A stretch of DNA of 64,000 nucleotides, taken from NCBI RefSeq assembly GCF_018977255.1, contig NW_024704742.1, positions 94,800,001-94,864,000 on the forward strand, given 5' to 3'. The DNA is from Callorhinchus milii (taxonomy: Eukaryota). Position 1 is the stretch's first letter, and each line of letters opens with the position of its first letter. Both the position numbers and the translations under genes were made by a program. Shown here piece after piece: positions 1 through 12,933 of this stretch. A model generated the notes under the pieces. It was not told the DNA's origin, ran no database searches, and saw only the letters and a program-made list of their open reading frames with translations.

Positions 1-102
1 ATACAGTCAATTCACTTTACAGTGTGTTCTGTGAAGCGCTTTGGGACATCCTCCCGACGTGAAAAGAGCTATATCAAATGCAAGGATTATTATTATTATT
101 AT
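1..102 (+). mobile_element. 3' end of tRNA-derived SINE (L2-type tail, (TTA)n)
   Basis: Matches the 3' part of the full copies at 11061-11342 and 62760-63080; ends in ATATCAAATGCAAGGA(TTA)n. Confidence 0.9.
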
Positions 103-1869
103 AGTTACAGTTAGAAGTAAACCAGCAAAACTAAGAATGATGAAGGTGGCAGAGCAGATTAGCGAGGGAGATAAACAGAGTGTGTCAAGGAGGGACAAGA
201 AGCTCAGCAAAGAAAATAGGGCCTTAGCAAGTAGGGGAAATAGAAGAAGCCAAGGCGCTATATCTGAGTGCATGAAACATTGGTCATAAGATAGACAAAT
301 TAATGGCGTAAATAGAAACAAACGGTTATGATCCAGTAGCCATTACTGAGACGTGGTTATAGGGAGATCAAGGGTGGGAACTAAATATGGAAAACGAGGT
401 GGGGGCCAGCCTTGCTAATAAAGGATGGAATAAAAACAGTAGAGAGGAAGGATTTTAAATCAGAAAATCAGGATGTAGAGTCAGTATGGGTGGAATTACA
501 AAATAATAAGGGGCAGAAAACAATAGTGGGAGTAGTTTATAGACCCCAAACAGCATTCACATTATTGCACAGAGTATTAACCAGGAAATTAGTGGAGCAT
601 GCAGCAAAGGAAATACACTAATAGTGGGTGATTTTAATCTTCATATAGATTGGGAAAACCAAATTGGCAAAAGTAAGATAGAGGAGGAGTTTATAGAATG
701 CATTAGAGATAGTTTTCTAGATCAGTATGCTGAGGAACCAACCAGAGAACAGCTATCCTAGATCTTGTTTTGTGTAATGAAATAGGGCTAATCAGCAATC
801 TGGAAGTTAAAGCTCCTCTAGGGCACCACAACATGATGGAATTTAGCATTAAGTTAGAGAGGGATGTAGTTAAGTCTGAAGCATGGGACTTAAATTTAAA
901 TAGAGCCAACTTTGCAGGTATGAGAGAGGATTTAGCTAAAATAGACTGGGGAATTAGATTAAAGGATATGACAGTAGATCAGCAATGGCAAACCTTTAAA
1001 GATATAGTACATAATTCCCAGCGATCACACATTACCTTGAGGAATAAAAATACCACGGGAAAAGTGTTTCAACCATGGTTAACCAGAGCAGTTAGGGAAA
1101 GTATAAAATTAAAAGAAGAGACCTATAATACTGCCAAAAAGAGCAGTAAACATGAGGATTGGGAGGGCTTCAGAGACCAACAAAGAAAAACTAGGAAACT
1201 GATTAGGAGGGAGAAAATTGATTATGAGGGCAAACTAGCTAGGAACATAAAGACAGACTGCAAGAGTTTTTACAAATACATAAAGAGGAAGAGTCTAGCA
1301 AAAGTGAATGTAGGTCCATTACAGGCAGAGACAGGAGGAATTATAATGGGGGATAAAGATATGGCAGATTCATTAAACAAATACTTTGCTTCTGTCTTCA
1401 CGTTAGAATACACTGAAAACTTACCAAAAATAGAGGGGAACCAAGAAGCTAATGTTAGTGAGCAACTTAGGGAAATTAACATCAGTAAACAATTAGTACT
1501 AGGGAAACTGTTGGAATTGAAAAATTATAAATCCCCTGGTTTTAAAGGAGGTGGCTGCTAAGATAGTGGATGCCTTGTTTTTGATCTTCCAAAATTCTCT
1601 GGATTCTGGAATGGTTCCCATTGATTGGAAGATCGCAAACGTAACACCACTATTTAAGAAGGGTGGGAGAGAGAAGATGGGGAACTATAGACCAGTCAGT
1701 CTGACATCGGTGGTAGGGAAAATTCTAGAATCCTTAATTTGGGACGTCGTAGTGGGGTACTTAGAGGACCATAACATGATTAGGCAGAGTCAACATGGCT
1801 TTACAAAAGGGAAGTCATGCTTAACAAATCTTTTAGAGTTTTTTGAGAATGTAACTAGCAGGTTAGATA

Positions 1870-2136
1870 CAACAACAACAAAATTACATTTATAGAGTGC
1901 CCTTCACGTTAGGAAGACGTCCCAAAGCACTGAACAGTCAGGGTCGGGACCTGAGCATGGGGGAGGGGGGGGGGGGGGGGGGATGTAGGGGTGAAGGAAG
2001 GCAGAGAGTTGGGAAGGTGATAAAAGGCCACAATTGAAGAGAAGGGTCTTGAGACCGGCCTTGAAGGAGGCAAGGGAGGAAGCAAGGCGAAGGGACAGTA
2101 GGATGGAGTTCCAGATTGTGGGGCAGAGAGGCTGAA
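1870..2136 (-). mobile_element. 5'-truncated L2 LINE inserted in the CR1 RT region
   Basis: (CAA)n on +, L2 3' hairpin, flanked by direct repeat TAGATA (1864-1869, 2137-2142). Confidence 0.9.
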
Positions 2137-2514
2137 TAGATAGGGGGGAACCAGTAGATGTAGTGTATTTAGATTTTCAAAAGGCATTCGACAAGGTGCC
2201 ACGTAAAAGGCTGCTACACAACATGGATCGAAGAGTGGCTAACGGGAAGAAAACAGAGAGTAGAGATAAATGGGTCCTTCTCAGATTGGCAAGATGTGAC
2301 TAGTGGAGTGCCACAAGGATCAGTACTTGGGCCTCAACTATTTACAATCTATATCAATGATCTAGGCAAGAACATAGAACTTATATCTAAATTCACAGAT
2401 GATACTAAGCTAGGTGGGAGAGTAAGCTCGGAGGATGACACAAAAAAATTGCAAAGGGATACAGATGGGTAAGGTGGCAGATGGAATATAATGTGGGGAA
2501 GTGTGAAGTTATTC

Positions 2515-2585
2515 AACAACAATAACAAGATTACATTTGTATAGCGCCTTTCACGTAGGGAGGATGTCCCAAGGCGCTGGACCGT
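2515..2585 (-). mobile_element. Ultra-short L2 3' tail inserted in CR1
   Basis: CAACAAC..ATAGCGCCTTTCACGTAGGGAGGATGTCCCAAGGCGCT interrupts the CR1 C-terminal region. Confidence 0.85.
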
Positions 2586-3384
2586 GTAGTAAAAACAGAA
2601 AAGCAGATTATTTTCTAGAGGGGGAGAGACTAGATAGTGTTAGTGTTCAGAGGGATTTGGGTGTCCTTGAACACCAGTCACGAAAAGTTAATATGCAGAT
2701 ACAGCAAGAAACTAGGAAGGCTAATGGCATGTTGGGGCTTATTGCAAAAGAGTTAGAATAAAAGAGAAGGGAAGTTTTGCTACAACTGTATAGGGCCTTG
2801 GTGAGACTGCACCTCGAATATTATGTACAGTTTTGGTCTCCTTATTTAAGAAAGAACATACTTAGAGGGGGTGCAGCGTAGATTCACTAGGTGGGTTCCT
2901 GGGATGAGGGGGTTGACCTATGAAGATAGGTTGAGCAAACTAGGCCTATATTCTCTAAAATGTAGAAGAATTAGGGGTGAGCTTATAAAAACATATAAGA
3001 TTCTTATGGGGCTTGACAGAGTAAAACAGTGTGAGACTGTTTTCCCTGGTAGGAGAATCTATAACTAGAGGTCACAGTCTTAAGATTAAGGGTCAGCCTT
3101 TTCGAGCAGAGTTGAGGAAACACTTCTTCCCTCAGCAGAGAGTGAATTTATAAAATTCTCTAGCCCAGAAGGCTGTAGATGCTCAGTCCTTGAACATATT
3201 CAAGACTGAGATTGATAGGTTTCTAAAGGATGAGGGATTAAGGGATATGAGGATTAGGTGGGCAAATGGAGTTTAGGTTAGAAGATGAGCCATGATCTTA
3301 TTGAATGGCGAGGCAGGCTTGAGGGGCCGAATGGCCTACTTCTGCTCCTAATTCCTATTTCTTTCCCTTCTCTTCCCTTCTCTT

Positions 3385-3590
3385 TTGTCACGGAATATTT
3401 AATGTCCAGCTGAACAAGCAGACAGGGCCTTGATTTACATCTCAATCGAAGGACAGCACCTCCAAAAATGCAGTACACCCCCAGCACCATATTGGGAGTG
3501 TCAGTTTAGGCTATATGAGTTTCAAGTGAGACTTGTACTCACAGCTTTCTGACTCAGAGGCCAAGCGCTAGAAATTGAGGCAGGCTGCCA
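3385..3590 (-). mobile_element. Deu-domain SINE, 5' half
   Basis: tRNA-like head (CCTCTGAGTCAGAA) plus central domain resembling copies at 7085-7500 and 38035-38460. Confidence 0.75.
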
Positions 3591-3984
3591 CTGAGCTAAG
3601 TGAGAAAAATCCCTGCTCCCAATGACAGATCTGCCCTTCCAAGCTCTACTGACAAGCCAGGCTGGCTGGTCTGCCAGCAGCACCTTGGGGTAGTACAGAC
3701 CTGGCCCGGCTTCAGATCTGGACTAATAAGATTGCCACAGAGGATCGACTCCATCCCGATATTCTGTGCCAATCATTTCCTTGGAACCCGCTCAGCTCTA
3801 AGGAGCTCTGCAGCCCCCCCCCACCCCGGTGAATAGTCAGTAGTTCTTCAATTGGTATCCAACAAGTGCAGGTTTGAACCCCCAGATAATAGGCACTAGG
3901 AACTTCCTGCAAACTTACTGGGGATCAGTACAGAGCAGGAGTATTTAGATATCTATGTAGTTCCCTCTTGAAAGCCAATATGAA

Positions 3985-4085
3985 TTCACCCACAAAACAT
4001 ACAGTCAATTCACTTTACAGTATATTCTGTGAAATGCTTTGAGACGTCTCGAAGACGTCTATATCAAATGAAAGGATTATTATTA
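3985..4085 (+). mobile_element. SINE 3' fragment
   Basis: CAGTCAATTCACTTTACAGTATATTCTGTGAA...GGATTATTATT. Confidence 0.85.
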
Positions 4086-5233
4086 ATCCTGCCTTGACCA
4101 CCGTTCCCGGCAGGACATTCTAGAGAAACATTGTAGATCAGCAAAAGATTCGGAACTCATATTTTCAAAGCAAACTTTCATTATGTTGTTACATTTCATC
4201 CTTAATTGCCAATATGTGTATAAATAGTGAGTGGCGGCCTTCAAGTTGATATTGACCACTCCTGTGTCTACCATTTTCCAATATGACCAAAGTTATTTTC
4301 TGCATTACATTATTTCTCACAGGCATCCTGGGTGAGGGGAGAGGGCCCGTGCAAAGAGAGAGAGAGAGAGTTTTCAGCTTGCATTTTTTGCAATGTGTTT
4401 CCTAACTGCTTCCTTGGCATGGAAATTATTTTACAAATCAGAAGTGGGCTTGCTTTTACATTGATTGCAAAAGTAATTACAGTGCATTCGACAGGGAGCC
4501 CAGTGGAACTGTATTAATACTGCTTTAACCTAATTTCTGTCTTACAGGCAATTCTCCTCAAGATTATTAATTTTCTTAACTTCTTCAGCTTCATTATCCT
4601 AAGGATATTGTTGTTTGCCTTTCGATAATAGGAGGAAATCCATTTTTGTGCAGTCAGTACATGAATACTAATAGGCAATCTGAGGCAACAAGTACGACAC
4701 AGAAATGAATCTCGGGAGGATTTCTCTTCTGTCTCGAACCTCCAGCTCTCGCCATAATTACCACAACGGAGAAGCCACTGAAACTGATGCTGTCACCNAA
4801 AAAAAAAATCACAAGCTCAGCCCATACCACCGGGTTCATCTACCCCACAGGGGCCTGCAATTAGTTATTCCTAAAGCATTTCTCCTCTGCTATTGATTTT
4901 TTTTCTCTCTCTCCCACTAAATTTAATTGCAAACAAATCACAAGGCCTGATGAATCCACAGACAAAGCCGCCTTTGCGGCATCTCGGAGGAACCCAAGCT
5001 GTCAATAAAATAACCACCTCATCTCTAGACCGTTCTCTGGGCCTCCCGCATGCACTGGCAAACCTCATAATGCATTCTGCAGAATACAAGTATGAAATGA
5101 CACTGTGGTTTCATCAAAGTTCATTTTAAGCGAAGTCAGATGTCTTTTCAGTAGAGTACAGTTACAGAGGTCATGCAGCTTTTAAAGGGGCAGAATCCCT
5201 CCCTTTAGTTTGGGTCATATGAACTGAAACCAT

Positions 5234-5300
5234 AACAACAACAACAATAAAATTACATTTATGAGCGCCTTTCATGTGGGAGGATGTCCCAAGGCCCTGA
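5234..5300 (-). mobile_element. Ultra-short L2 3' tail
   Basis: (ACA)n + GCGCCTTTCATGTGGGAGGATGTCCCAAGG. Confidence 0.8.
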
Positions 5301-6254
5301 AATCCTAACCCTACATAACTTATTACAGACAGATTCAAATACAGGGCAGTACGAGGTTTGTGTTGCAATGCACTATAATATTGGTCTCTGCTGAGAATGT
5401 TGTATCCAAACTGGCAACGCATTGACCATTTCACTCAACACCAGTACAATTAAGCTAATACAGAGAGCCCCTATCTCAACATCAAATTGGTTCTTAACCA
5501 GTGAAATCAGTGGCATTCTCAGGGCATGTTCCATGTCAAAGCATGTCATGAAATGCAGCTATTTTCACCTAAAGTGTGAAAACAATGAGAACAACCTGGA
5601 GAAAAATGACTGACAGGATAGAGTTTGGCATTTTGTGTTTTGCAATAATGAGCAGTGGGAAGTTAAAATGCTGTAAGCAACACTGAACTAACAGGAGAAG
5701 GGTCACAGGGCCTTGTCCAACTAGTGGATAAGCCCAGATCATGTATCTCCATTATTCACAATCTTGCTTTTCCACTTGGATTTCACGCTGCTGATAGTAG
5801 ACCTGTACGACTGGTGATTGAAACATACAGCATCAGCATTTTATGGAAACTTGTTTTTATCACGCTGTATAAACCATCACCGCACATTTTTGTGCCTAGA
5901 ATTAAATTTGATTTATTGAACTGAAATGCTGCCAAAAAAAACAAGCTATTGTCCTTATATTCTTGTAAATATTCTGTTGGAGTGCAAAAACTATAACTTT
6001 AAGACACTATGGGGAGGGTTTTGCTTGTATTACAAATGTTTTATTGAGTTCAAACCCCAGAAGTTATGTTGAAACTGTACGATAATTACTCTGGTCAGAA
6101 TGCACCTGGAGTAGTGTGGTTATAGTCGCTGTGACATAAGGGTGTGGTTCAGGCCTGAGAGCCAGCACAGAGGAAAGCAATGATGCTGATCGTTGAGTGT
6201 TAAAAAGATGAATTCTGAGGAATGACTGGATATCCCAGGGGTCTCCAGCCTCCA

Positions 6255-6560
6255 AAACACATCTCAGAGGGGATCTTGTAGAGGCGGCTTATGCTTCTTG
6301 GCCTAGAGAATGTATAGCTGGAACATTTTCAGATATGCCAAAACAGGAGGATAAGAGGACAGGAACTCAGGGTTGAGAAGGGTAATTTTAGAACTTGATA
6401 CTGATGGTAATTAATTGGAAATGAGTTACTTTATGAGGAAGGGTGATTAAAGCCCAGATTTATTTGAGACAGCTTGATGATGTAATGGGAAGGATTCATA
6501 TACTGCAAATTTAGAACGAGAAGTTCCTCCTCATCAAAACCTCCCTTGTGAGAGAGTTAG
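6255..6560 (+). mobile_element. Highly decayed CR1 3' fragment
   Basis: Resembles the CR1 ORF2 C-terminus (LRGDL-like) and 3' UTR. Confidence 0.5.
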
Positions 6561-7084
6561 AATTGGTTTATCAGGTGTCAAATATGTAAGCAACCCAACA
6601 AGTTAAAGAAATAAGATAAAAGCTGCTGTATTCTTTAAGTGTTTCTTATGAATATCACAACCTTTACCTCAATCTTCCTTACTCCGAGACTCAATACCGT
6701 AAACACATTTTTATTCAGCTCTCTTGTACTGCATGCTAATGAGTGAATTATCTAATGTGCTGACATTATGTGGATAATTCAACAGTACTCAGTACTGTTC
6801 TCACACTCTTGAATTAATTTAAAGGCATGTCAATTGGCACAGCTGCCACAGTGACAAATCCAACCTGCCCACCAACCCTCTACAGGTTCCATAAACTCTG
6901 CCTGCATGCACAAATGTGGCTGTACTCACATCAGCTATCCTTGGTCAAAATATGCTGAAGACGTCTTATTTCTATTTCAAATCTGCTACTTTTTTTCATT
7001 AAAACCTACATTTCTTTCCTAAATATATGTCAACATATATAAGCCCTATTTCACCAAGTACTGGTCAGTACTTAAATAGTAAAA

Positions 7085-7500
7085 TGATAATGATAATTAT
7101 ATGATAAAATGATGATTCTTGCATTTTATTTAGAGCCTTTCAGCTCGTATTTTTTTAGGCAAATGTGGCAGCAAATTTGCACATAGCAATGTCCCACAAA
7201 AAGCCATGAAGTGAATGATCAATTTTATTTGGGGGATTGTTGACCAAAACACTAGAAGCTCCCTTCTTTTTTTGAATTGTACCATGGGATCTTCAACATC
7301 TACCTGAACAGGCAGAGACGGGACCTCAGTTTAACATCTCATCCAAAAGATGGCACCTGTGATAATGCCGCACACCCCCAGCACTGCATTGGAGTATCAG
7401 CCTAGACTACCTAAGTTCAAAGTCCCAACGTAGGAGTTGAGTCCACAATATTCTGATTCAGAAGTGTGAATGCTACTGACCTAGCCAAGCTGACACACAT
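7085..7500 (-). mobile_element. Deu-domain SINE, near full length
   Basis: Head TGTCAGCTTGGCTAGG..., GATGAGATGTTAAAC..AAGATCCCATGG core, TTTGTGGGACATTGCT..AAATTTGCTGCC, tail. Confidence 0.8.
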
Positions 7501-8199
7501 CTCCCTACGAGGCTACAATACCTCAAAAAACCTCTAACAGGATGTGCTCTTTGGCAGAAGAATAAAACTCGATCACAATTGAGGCTGTGGTCTGAGAGTC
7601 TGAGGAATTCACTGATGTGGAGAGTGTACCCTGTACCTGAGAACCAGAGGCCACTACGTGAGCAACAGATTGTTATGACGTTTATTCCACCAAGACAGTT
7701 GTACAGATCTGTCTCCCTGTTACCATTAGAAACACTGCTGCATTGGATTACCGCCTGCCTTCTGTACTTTGGGGATAAAGTGAAGTATTAAAAAAGGGCA
7801 TTTCTTCACAGGATCTATTTTGGATGGTTGGAGAGACTAATAAGGTAACAAGAATTGGTTATATTCTCATTAACTACTATACTGAGTAACAGAGGGCTAC
7901 TTAAGGGAATGTGAATCATTCTGATAAGGTCATAAAGTAATTTGGGTGCTCTTATGTTTTGAATAACAATCCTTATTGAGAACAGTCCGTTCATCAGCAA
8001 TGTTTTTGAGGCTATTACTAACAATAACATTTCAGTATCTGACAAAGTTTTTATTTTTAGCTTTATTCAGAGAAGATGGCAAGAAAAGAAGAGTGCAGCA
8101 CTAACACTCCCCATGAGAATGGGATGATGCTTCATTCCCTAAAACTGCTGCTGTGAAGAATGCACTGAGATTGGAGCTACAAAGAGCTGCCCCAAAACG

Positions 8200-8520
8200 T
8201 GTCACAATATTACAAGGTTGAATGAAGAAGGTTCTTTGGCCCATCTATTCTCATCCCTCCAGAACACCCACCTTCCCATCATAGCATTAAGCTGCTTTTT
8301 AAACACATCCAAGGTCCACCCTTCATTGCAACCTGTTCCAGTTGTTAATTACCCTCTGGGTAAAGGAATACTTCCTGATGTCTGTCATGAAATTGTCTCT
8401 TTGGAACTAAACCTATGTCCTTTCTGGGTTTACTGTTTCAATCCCATTTAAGATGTTATACATCTCTATTAGATCCCATCTGAGATGTCTTCTCTCAAGA
8501 CTGAAGAGCCCTAATCCTTC
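8200..8520 (-). mobile_element. Decayed CR1 3' fragment
   Basis: Similar to 36541-36855 and 57697-57935 (GCAACCTGTTCCAG..TAATTACCCTCT). Confidence 0.7.
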
Positions 8521-9331
8521 AACATCTTATGTCACCAAATGCAACTACAGTGTTTCCCTCTGTCTAAACCTTTGAAGAGTTAAGAAGAAAGGGAAGTAGG
8601 AGCAGATGTGAGAGAAAATTAGAAACAAGATTTTCTTCATGAATAGCAAAATATTTGCTTTCAAAGGGTCTGTCAAACAAAATAATTATTATTAGGAAAT
8701 GTCACATTATCAAATATGTTAAGAAACATTGAATTTTCCAGTCTATCAGTTAAGACTGGACATGATAGAGGGCCTTTCACCTTTTATATTAGGTGAACAT
8801 CCCAAAGCTCTTCACAGGATTTACTGTAAAGTTCAGGGACTGAGTGTTTTGTGGGTGACAAAACATCGCTGAACCACAAGATTTTGGTGCCACTTCACAG
8901 CCTTAACTCAAGCTGGTTTCTTGCAGTGTAACAGTGAAACTCGGCAATAACAACAGCAGAGCTGAAAGCTGCAGCCTTCACTGCAGCTTGGCCTGAAGAC
9001 CAACCTCCTCCTGCTTGCTTGGCTTGGGGGAAAGGGAGGCAGGAATACATTGGAGGAAAAGAGTGGTTCACATCTGAAGCCAGTCTTTAGTAAATTGGAA
9101 ATTGCAAAGTTTCCAGACAGATTTGATATGAGTTAATGGATGGAATGAAAAGTAAAAGTAATAAACATAGATCTGCACTAGACTGGGGCCCAACAAAATA
9201 GCTCTACATATACTCCCAATGTAAACCTCCATCTGCCCTCAACCTTCTGCATTGACTCTTCTCCTTTAATATCTTACAGCTCTAGCATAGTACAATACAC
9301 ACAGATAAGAAACAAACACAGGATAACTTAC

Positions 9332-9362
9332 CTTGGTGATTTTCTTTGATTCCCTGAATTTC
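9332..9362 (-). CDS. 31-nt internal exon of unidentified host gene (KFRESKKITK)
   Basis: Acceptor gactaaattttatactcttcAG|G and donor AAG|GTAAGT; phase matches the 28595-28767 exon. Confidence 0.65.
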
Positions 9363-9802
9363 CTGAAGAGTATAAAATTTAGTCACTTTCAACTGGAATA
9401 GCCCAGATCAGGAATAGAGCGAAACACAAGACCGGGTAAGATATGACTCCAAGTACAGGGCCACCTAGAGCTCTGACTAAGCATTTGCACCAGCCACAGG
9501 ATGAACCCCAGGAGCAGTGAAGAGAATTTGTTCATTTTTATGAAAGAAGATAAAGTGGTAAAACCCATCTAGGACATTTCTGGGGTTACCGCTATCAGGA
9601 ATGAAAACAAAATCACAATGACTTCTGTAATAAAGTTGAATGCAAAATATTGTAAACACAGCCTTGCCAAACTTCATTATGATAAATTCAAACCATCTTT
9701 TCCTCTCGACACACCTGAAGCTTTCAACAAGAATCACTTTGCTATTTGCTGTGTTATTACACTGTTGCCTGCAGTTTGGAAGAGAAGAGTTAGAATGCTC
9801 AA

Positions 9803-9935
9803 ATAATAATAATCCTTGCATTTGATATAGTACTGTATCATGTCTTCTAAACATCTCAAAGCACTTCACTGAATATACTGTAAAGTGAATTGACTATATA
9901 TTTTGTGAGCGAAACACAACAGCCAATTGTGCATG
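9803..9935 (-). mobile_element. SINE 3' fragment
   Basis: (AAT)nCCTTGCATTTGATATAG..CTGTAAAGTGAATTGAC..CAGCCAATTG. Confidence 0.85.
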
Positions 9936-11060
9936 GATAGTTAATATGTACACTAGGGCACAGAAAGTGACAGAGAGGCAGAATGAGAGATGGAGAGTGA
10001 GAGACGTAAAGGCAGAGATATAGAGAGGTGGACAACAGTGACTAGCACTGTGTGTGTGGTAGAGGATGGTGGGAGCCACACATTGTTAGCACATTGAATG
10101 TTACATTTTTCATCCCACTATTTTGTTCCCCAGATCACAATCAGACTTTTCTTGTAGACCATCCATTTTATTTATACATTCATCATACAGTACTATTCAT
10201 GAATTTCTCCCACTCTTATTTTCCCCCTAGATCACCAGCTTTCCTTATTGTTCTTCCTTTATCTACATATAGGTCATTTGTCTGTAAAATGGAAGAATCC
10301 CTGTCGAAATGTGAGGACCGAATGTCTTGAGACAGATAACATCCTTCCAGTTATCTCCCCATAAACAGAACAATCCATATCCTGCAAATGAAATCCATCA
10401 ATAATCCGAGTTTGTATCTGGTTTCAATTTGACATTGTGTTGCCGCCTTATTATCAATCTTTTTAAATTACTCAATAAACTGTTAACAAAACAAAATTGT
10501 CAGTCGTTTGACCACAAAAATATACAAAACACAATTATAGTTAGCCCTCACCACCTAGGCTCACTAACCACATTTTTAAGGAACCTTAGCTTTTGAATGT
10601 TCTTCCGACCCTGTTTATCTCTGTTATTCCCACAGAGTAAAATATGCTATTTCTCAGTCATGAAGAAACATGCTTCCTATAACAAATTCCTCCTATGGAG
10701 GCTTTAATTGGGAGAAATATAGCTATTTATGGACGTGCTAACAATGGGGTGGTCAAGCAAATGTCTCACAGACTCTTCGCTGCAGGATAATTTGTGCCCA
10801 CGTGCTGAATAACTTAAATTGATTCATAAAACAAAAATGCTCTCAAGCAATATGTAATATGGATGAAAAAATGTGTCATGTAAGAAAGAAAACTTCCTGA
10901 ATAGAAAATAAATACAACACTTGAACAAGGTTCATTTCAATCCAAACCCAATCCAAACATGATGCCTACCAGTATTAATGGAGTTGAGTTACACAGAATA
11001 TTCTCTGTGGAATCATACAAAATTACAATACAAAATTACATTTTACATTACAAACTTACG

Positions 11061-11342
11061 TGGAGTCCTGCAGCTCAGTGGTCAGAGCACTTGCCTTGCA
11101 AGCAAGACACCTGGATTCAATTCCAGGCAGGGCGAAACCTTGGGCAAGTTACCTTACTCCACACGCCATTTTCAATCCATGACTGTTTGTGGGACACTGC
11201 TGTGCGCAATTGGCTGCCACATTTCGCCCACAAAATATACAGTCAATTCACTTTACAGCATATTCTGTGAAGTGATTTGAGACATTTAGAAAATGTGAAA
11301 AGCGCTATATCAAATGCAAGGATTATTATTATTATTATTATT
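11061..11342 (+). mobile_element. Full-length tRNA-derived SINE
   Basis: A box CAGCTCAGTGG, B box GATTCAATTCC, CCTTGGGCAAG, Deu-like 3' block, L2-type tail with (TTA)n. Confidence 0.92.
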
Positions 11343-11385
11343 TGTATAGAGCCTTTCACATCAGGAGGACGTCCCAAGTCGCTGG
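11343..11385 (-). mobile_element. L2 tail abutting the SINE tail-to-tail
   Basis: TATAGAGCCTTTCACATCAGGAGGACGTCCCAAG. Confidence 0.7.
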
Positions 11386-11838
11386 TGTTCTGACCTTGCT
11401 GAATAAAAAATATTTGGTAAAATACTTCTCTACTCCTGTTTCTTGCAGAACTTTAAAATTAGCCTTATTTGCACTGAGGTGGAACAAATTATGATGGAGT
11501 CTAAAATGCAATCACAACTGGTTTATGAACTGTTTTAGTTCTTTGATGTTTACATCACTCATTTTTGAGTTAGTTGCAAAATATAGTCAACATAAGAATT
11601 AGCCATAAAATTGAATTCATTTCTGTCTGCATATGAGAGGTTATCATGGAAACACAAATATATCATTGAATAATTGTAATTTGGTGTCATTTTGGACTTC
11701 ATAGAATGCACGATTGCTACAGCAATTGCCTGTTAGAACATTCCCCAGTTGAACACATCTTGCTTACAGTCTTCTTTGGAGCTGTGCTATATTGACGACC
11801 TGGTTTCCTACGCTGGAAAATGGATGACATCCAGGTCG

Positions 11839-12244
11839 TCAGGTTGCTGCTGACATCACTTTCTGCATTTTGCATGGTGCAGCTTTGTACAAAGTACAGC
11901 TGAGGTCACTTCTGCATGCATGTTATGCGCAGGAAGCACTACTCTTGTCACATCCTGCCGCTACTCTGTGTACTGCGTCAGGTAGCACTGCTAACATCAC
12001 TTCCCCACAAAATATCACAAAGTTCACCCACAAAATAAACTCTTACTTATCATCCACAACGTAAACTGCATTTTACAGTGTATCCTGTAGAGAGCTTTGA
12101 GACGTCCTCCTGATGTGAAAGATGTTACCCCAATTCTAAGGGTTATTATTAAAATCACTTCTTTGGAGGAAGTGACAGCAGCAGTGCTTCTTGTGCATAG
12201 TGTGAATTCACTTCATGTAGGAAGTGGCATCAGTGACAACCTGA
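11839..12244. repeat. Large imperfect palindrome (MITE-like) with a SINE tail inside (~12024-12150)
   Basis: 11839-11868 is approximately the reverse complement of 12215-12244; 11925-11960 of 12163-12198. Confidence 0.6.
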
Positions 12245-12621
12245 CCCTCAGGACATTGGCCATTTTTCACACTTTGCTATAATGCGACATCTGAAATATT
12301 AGTCCCAGATGATCATGTCATAATAGTGTTGACCTGTAATCCTGTGCTTCACAGGCATAACAGAGGTTCAACGTTTCACACCCTCACAGTCTTAAGACCA
12401 TTGTCTTAAAATTTTGTCTTAATTTTGAAGCCAGTTTACCGCAATTCTTAAAAAGAACCGCGGAAACGAACACATTTTGGTCCTGATTTTGTGTTTTAAT
12501 AAATTCAAACACGTTTCTCAGATACTTCACAGAAGGCTTGCTGCTCTCCGCATGCAAGTACTATTTCAATGCAGTACAATGAAAACAATGCCAGAGTGCA
12601 ATAGTGCACCAATGGGCTTTG

Positions 12622-12933
12622 CTGGCTCCGGCCTGCTCCATGTCTCCCGCTCGACCCTCCCTACCATCGGTGGCTGAGCTTTCAGACTCTCTGCCTCCAC
12701 ACTCTGAAACTCCATCCCAGTCCCTTCGCCTCGCTTCCTCCCTTGCCTCCCTGCAAGGCCGGTCTCAAGACCCTTCGATCACGCCTTCGGTCACCCTCCC
12801 ACCTCTCTGCCCTCCCTCACCCCTACGCCACCCCTCCCCAATGTTCGGGTCCTGACCCCTGACCGTCCAACACCTTGGGACATCCTCCCGACATGAAAGG
12901 CGCTCTATAAATGTAATTTTGTTGTTGTTGTTG
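12622..12933 (+). mobile_element. L2 3' fragment
   Basis: GSGLLHV..PTIGG ORF end, pyrimidine-rich 3' UTR, hairpin, (TTG)n. Confidence 0.9.

Larger units (their letters stand above)
103..3362 (+). mobile_element. Decayed CR1-clade LINE: ORF2 (APE endonuclease + reverse transcriptase) and 3' tail
   Basis: Frameshifted motifs in order: [72 protein letters not shown]; 3' tail GGGCCGAATGGCCTACTTCTGCTCCTA. Confidence 0.95.

Noticed and set aside
770..1895. 263-aa and 114-aa ORFs as host genes
   Set aside because: They are fragments of a frameshifted CR1 ORF2
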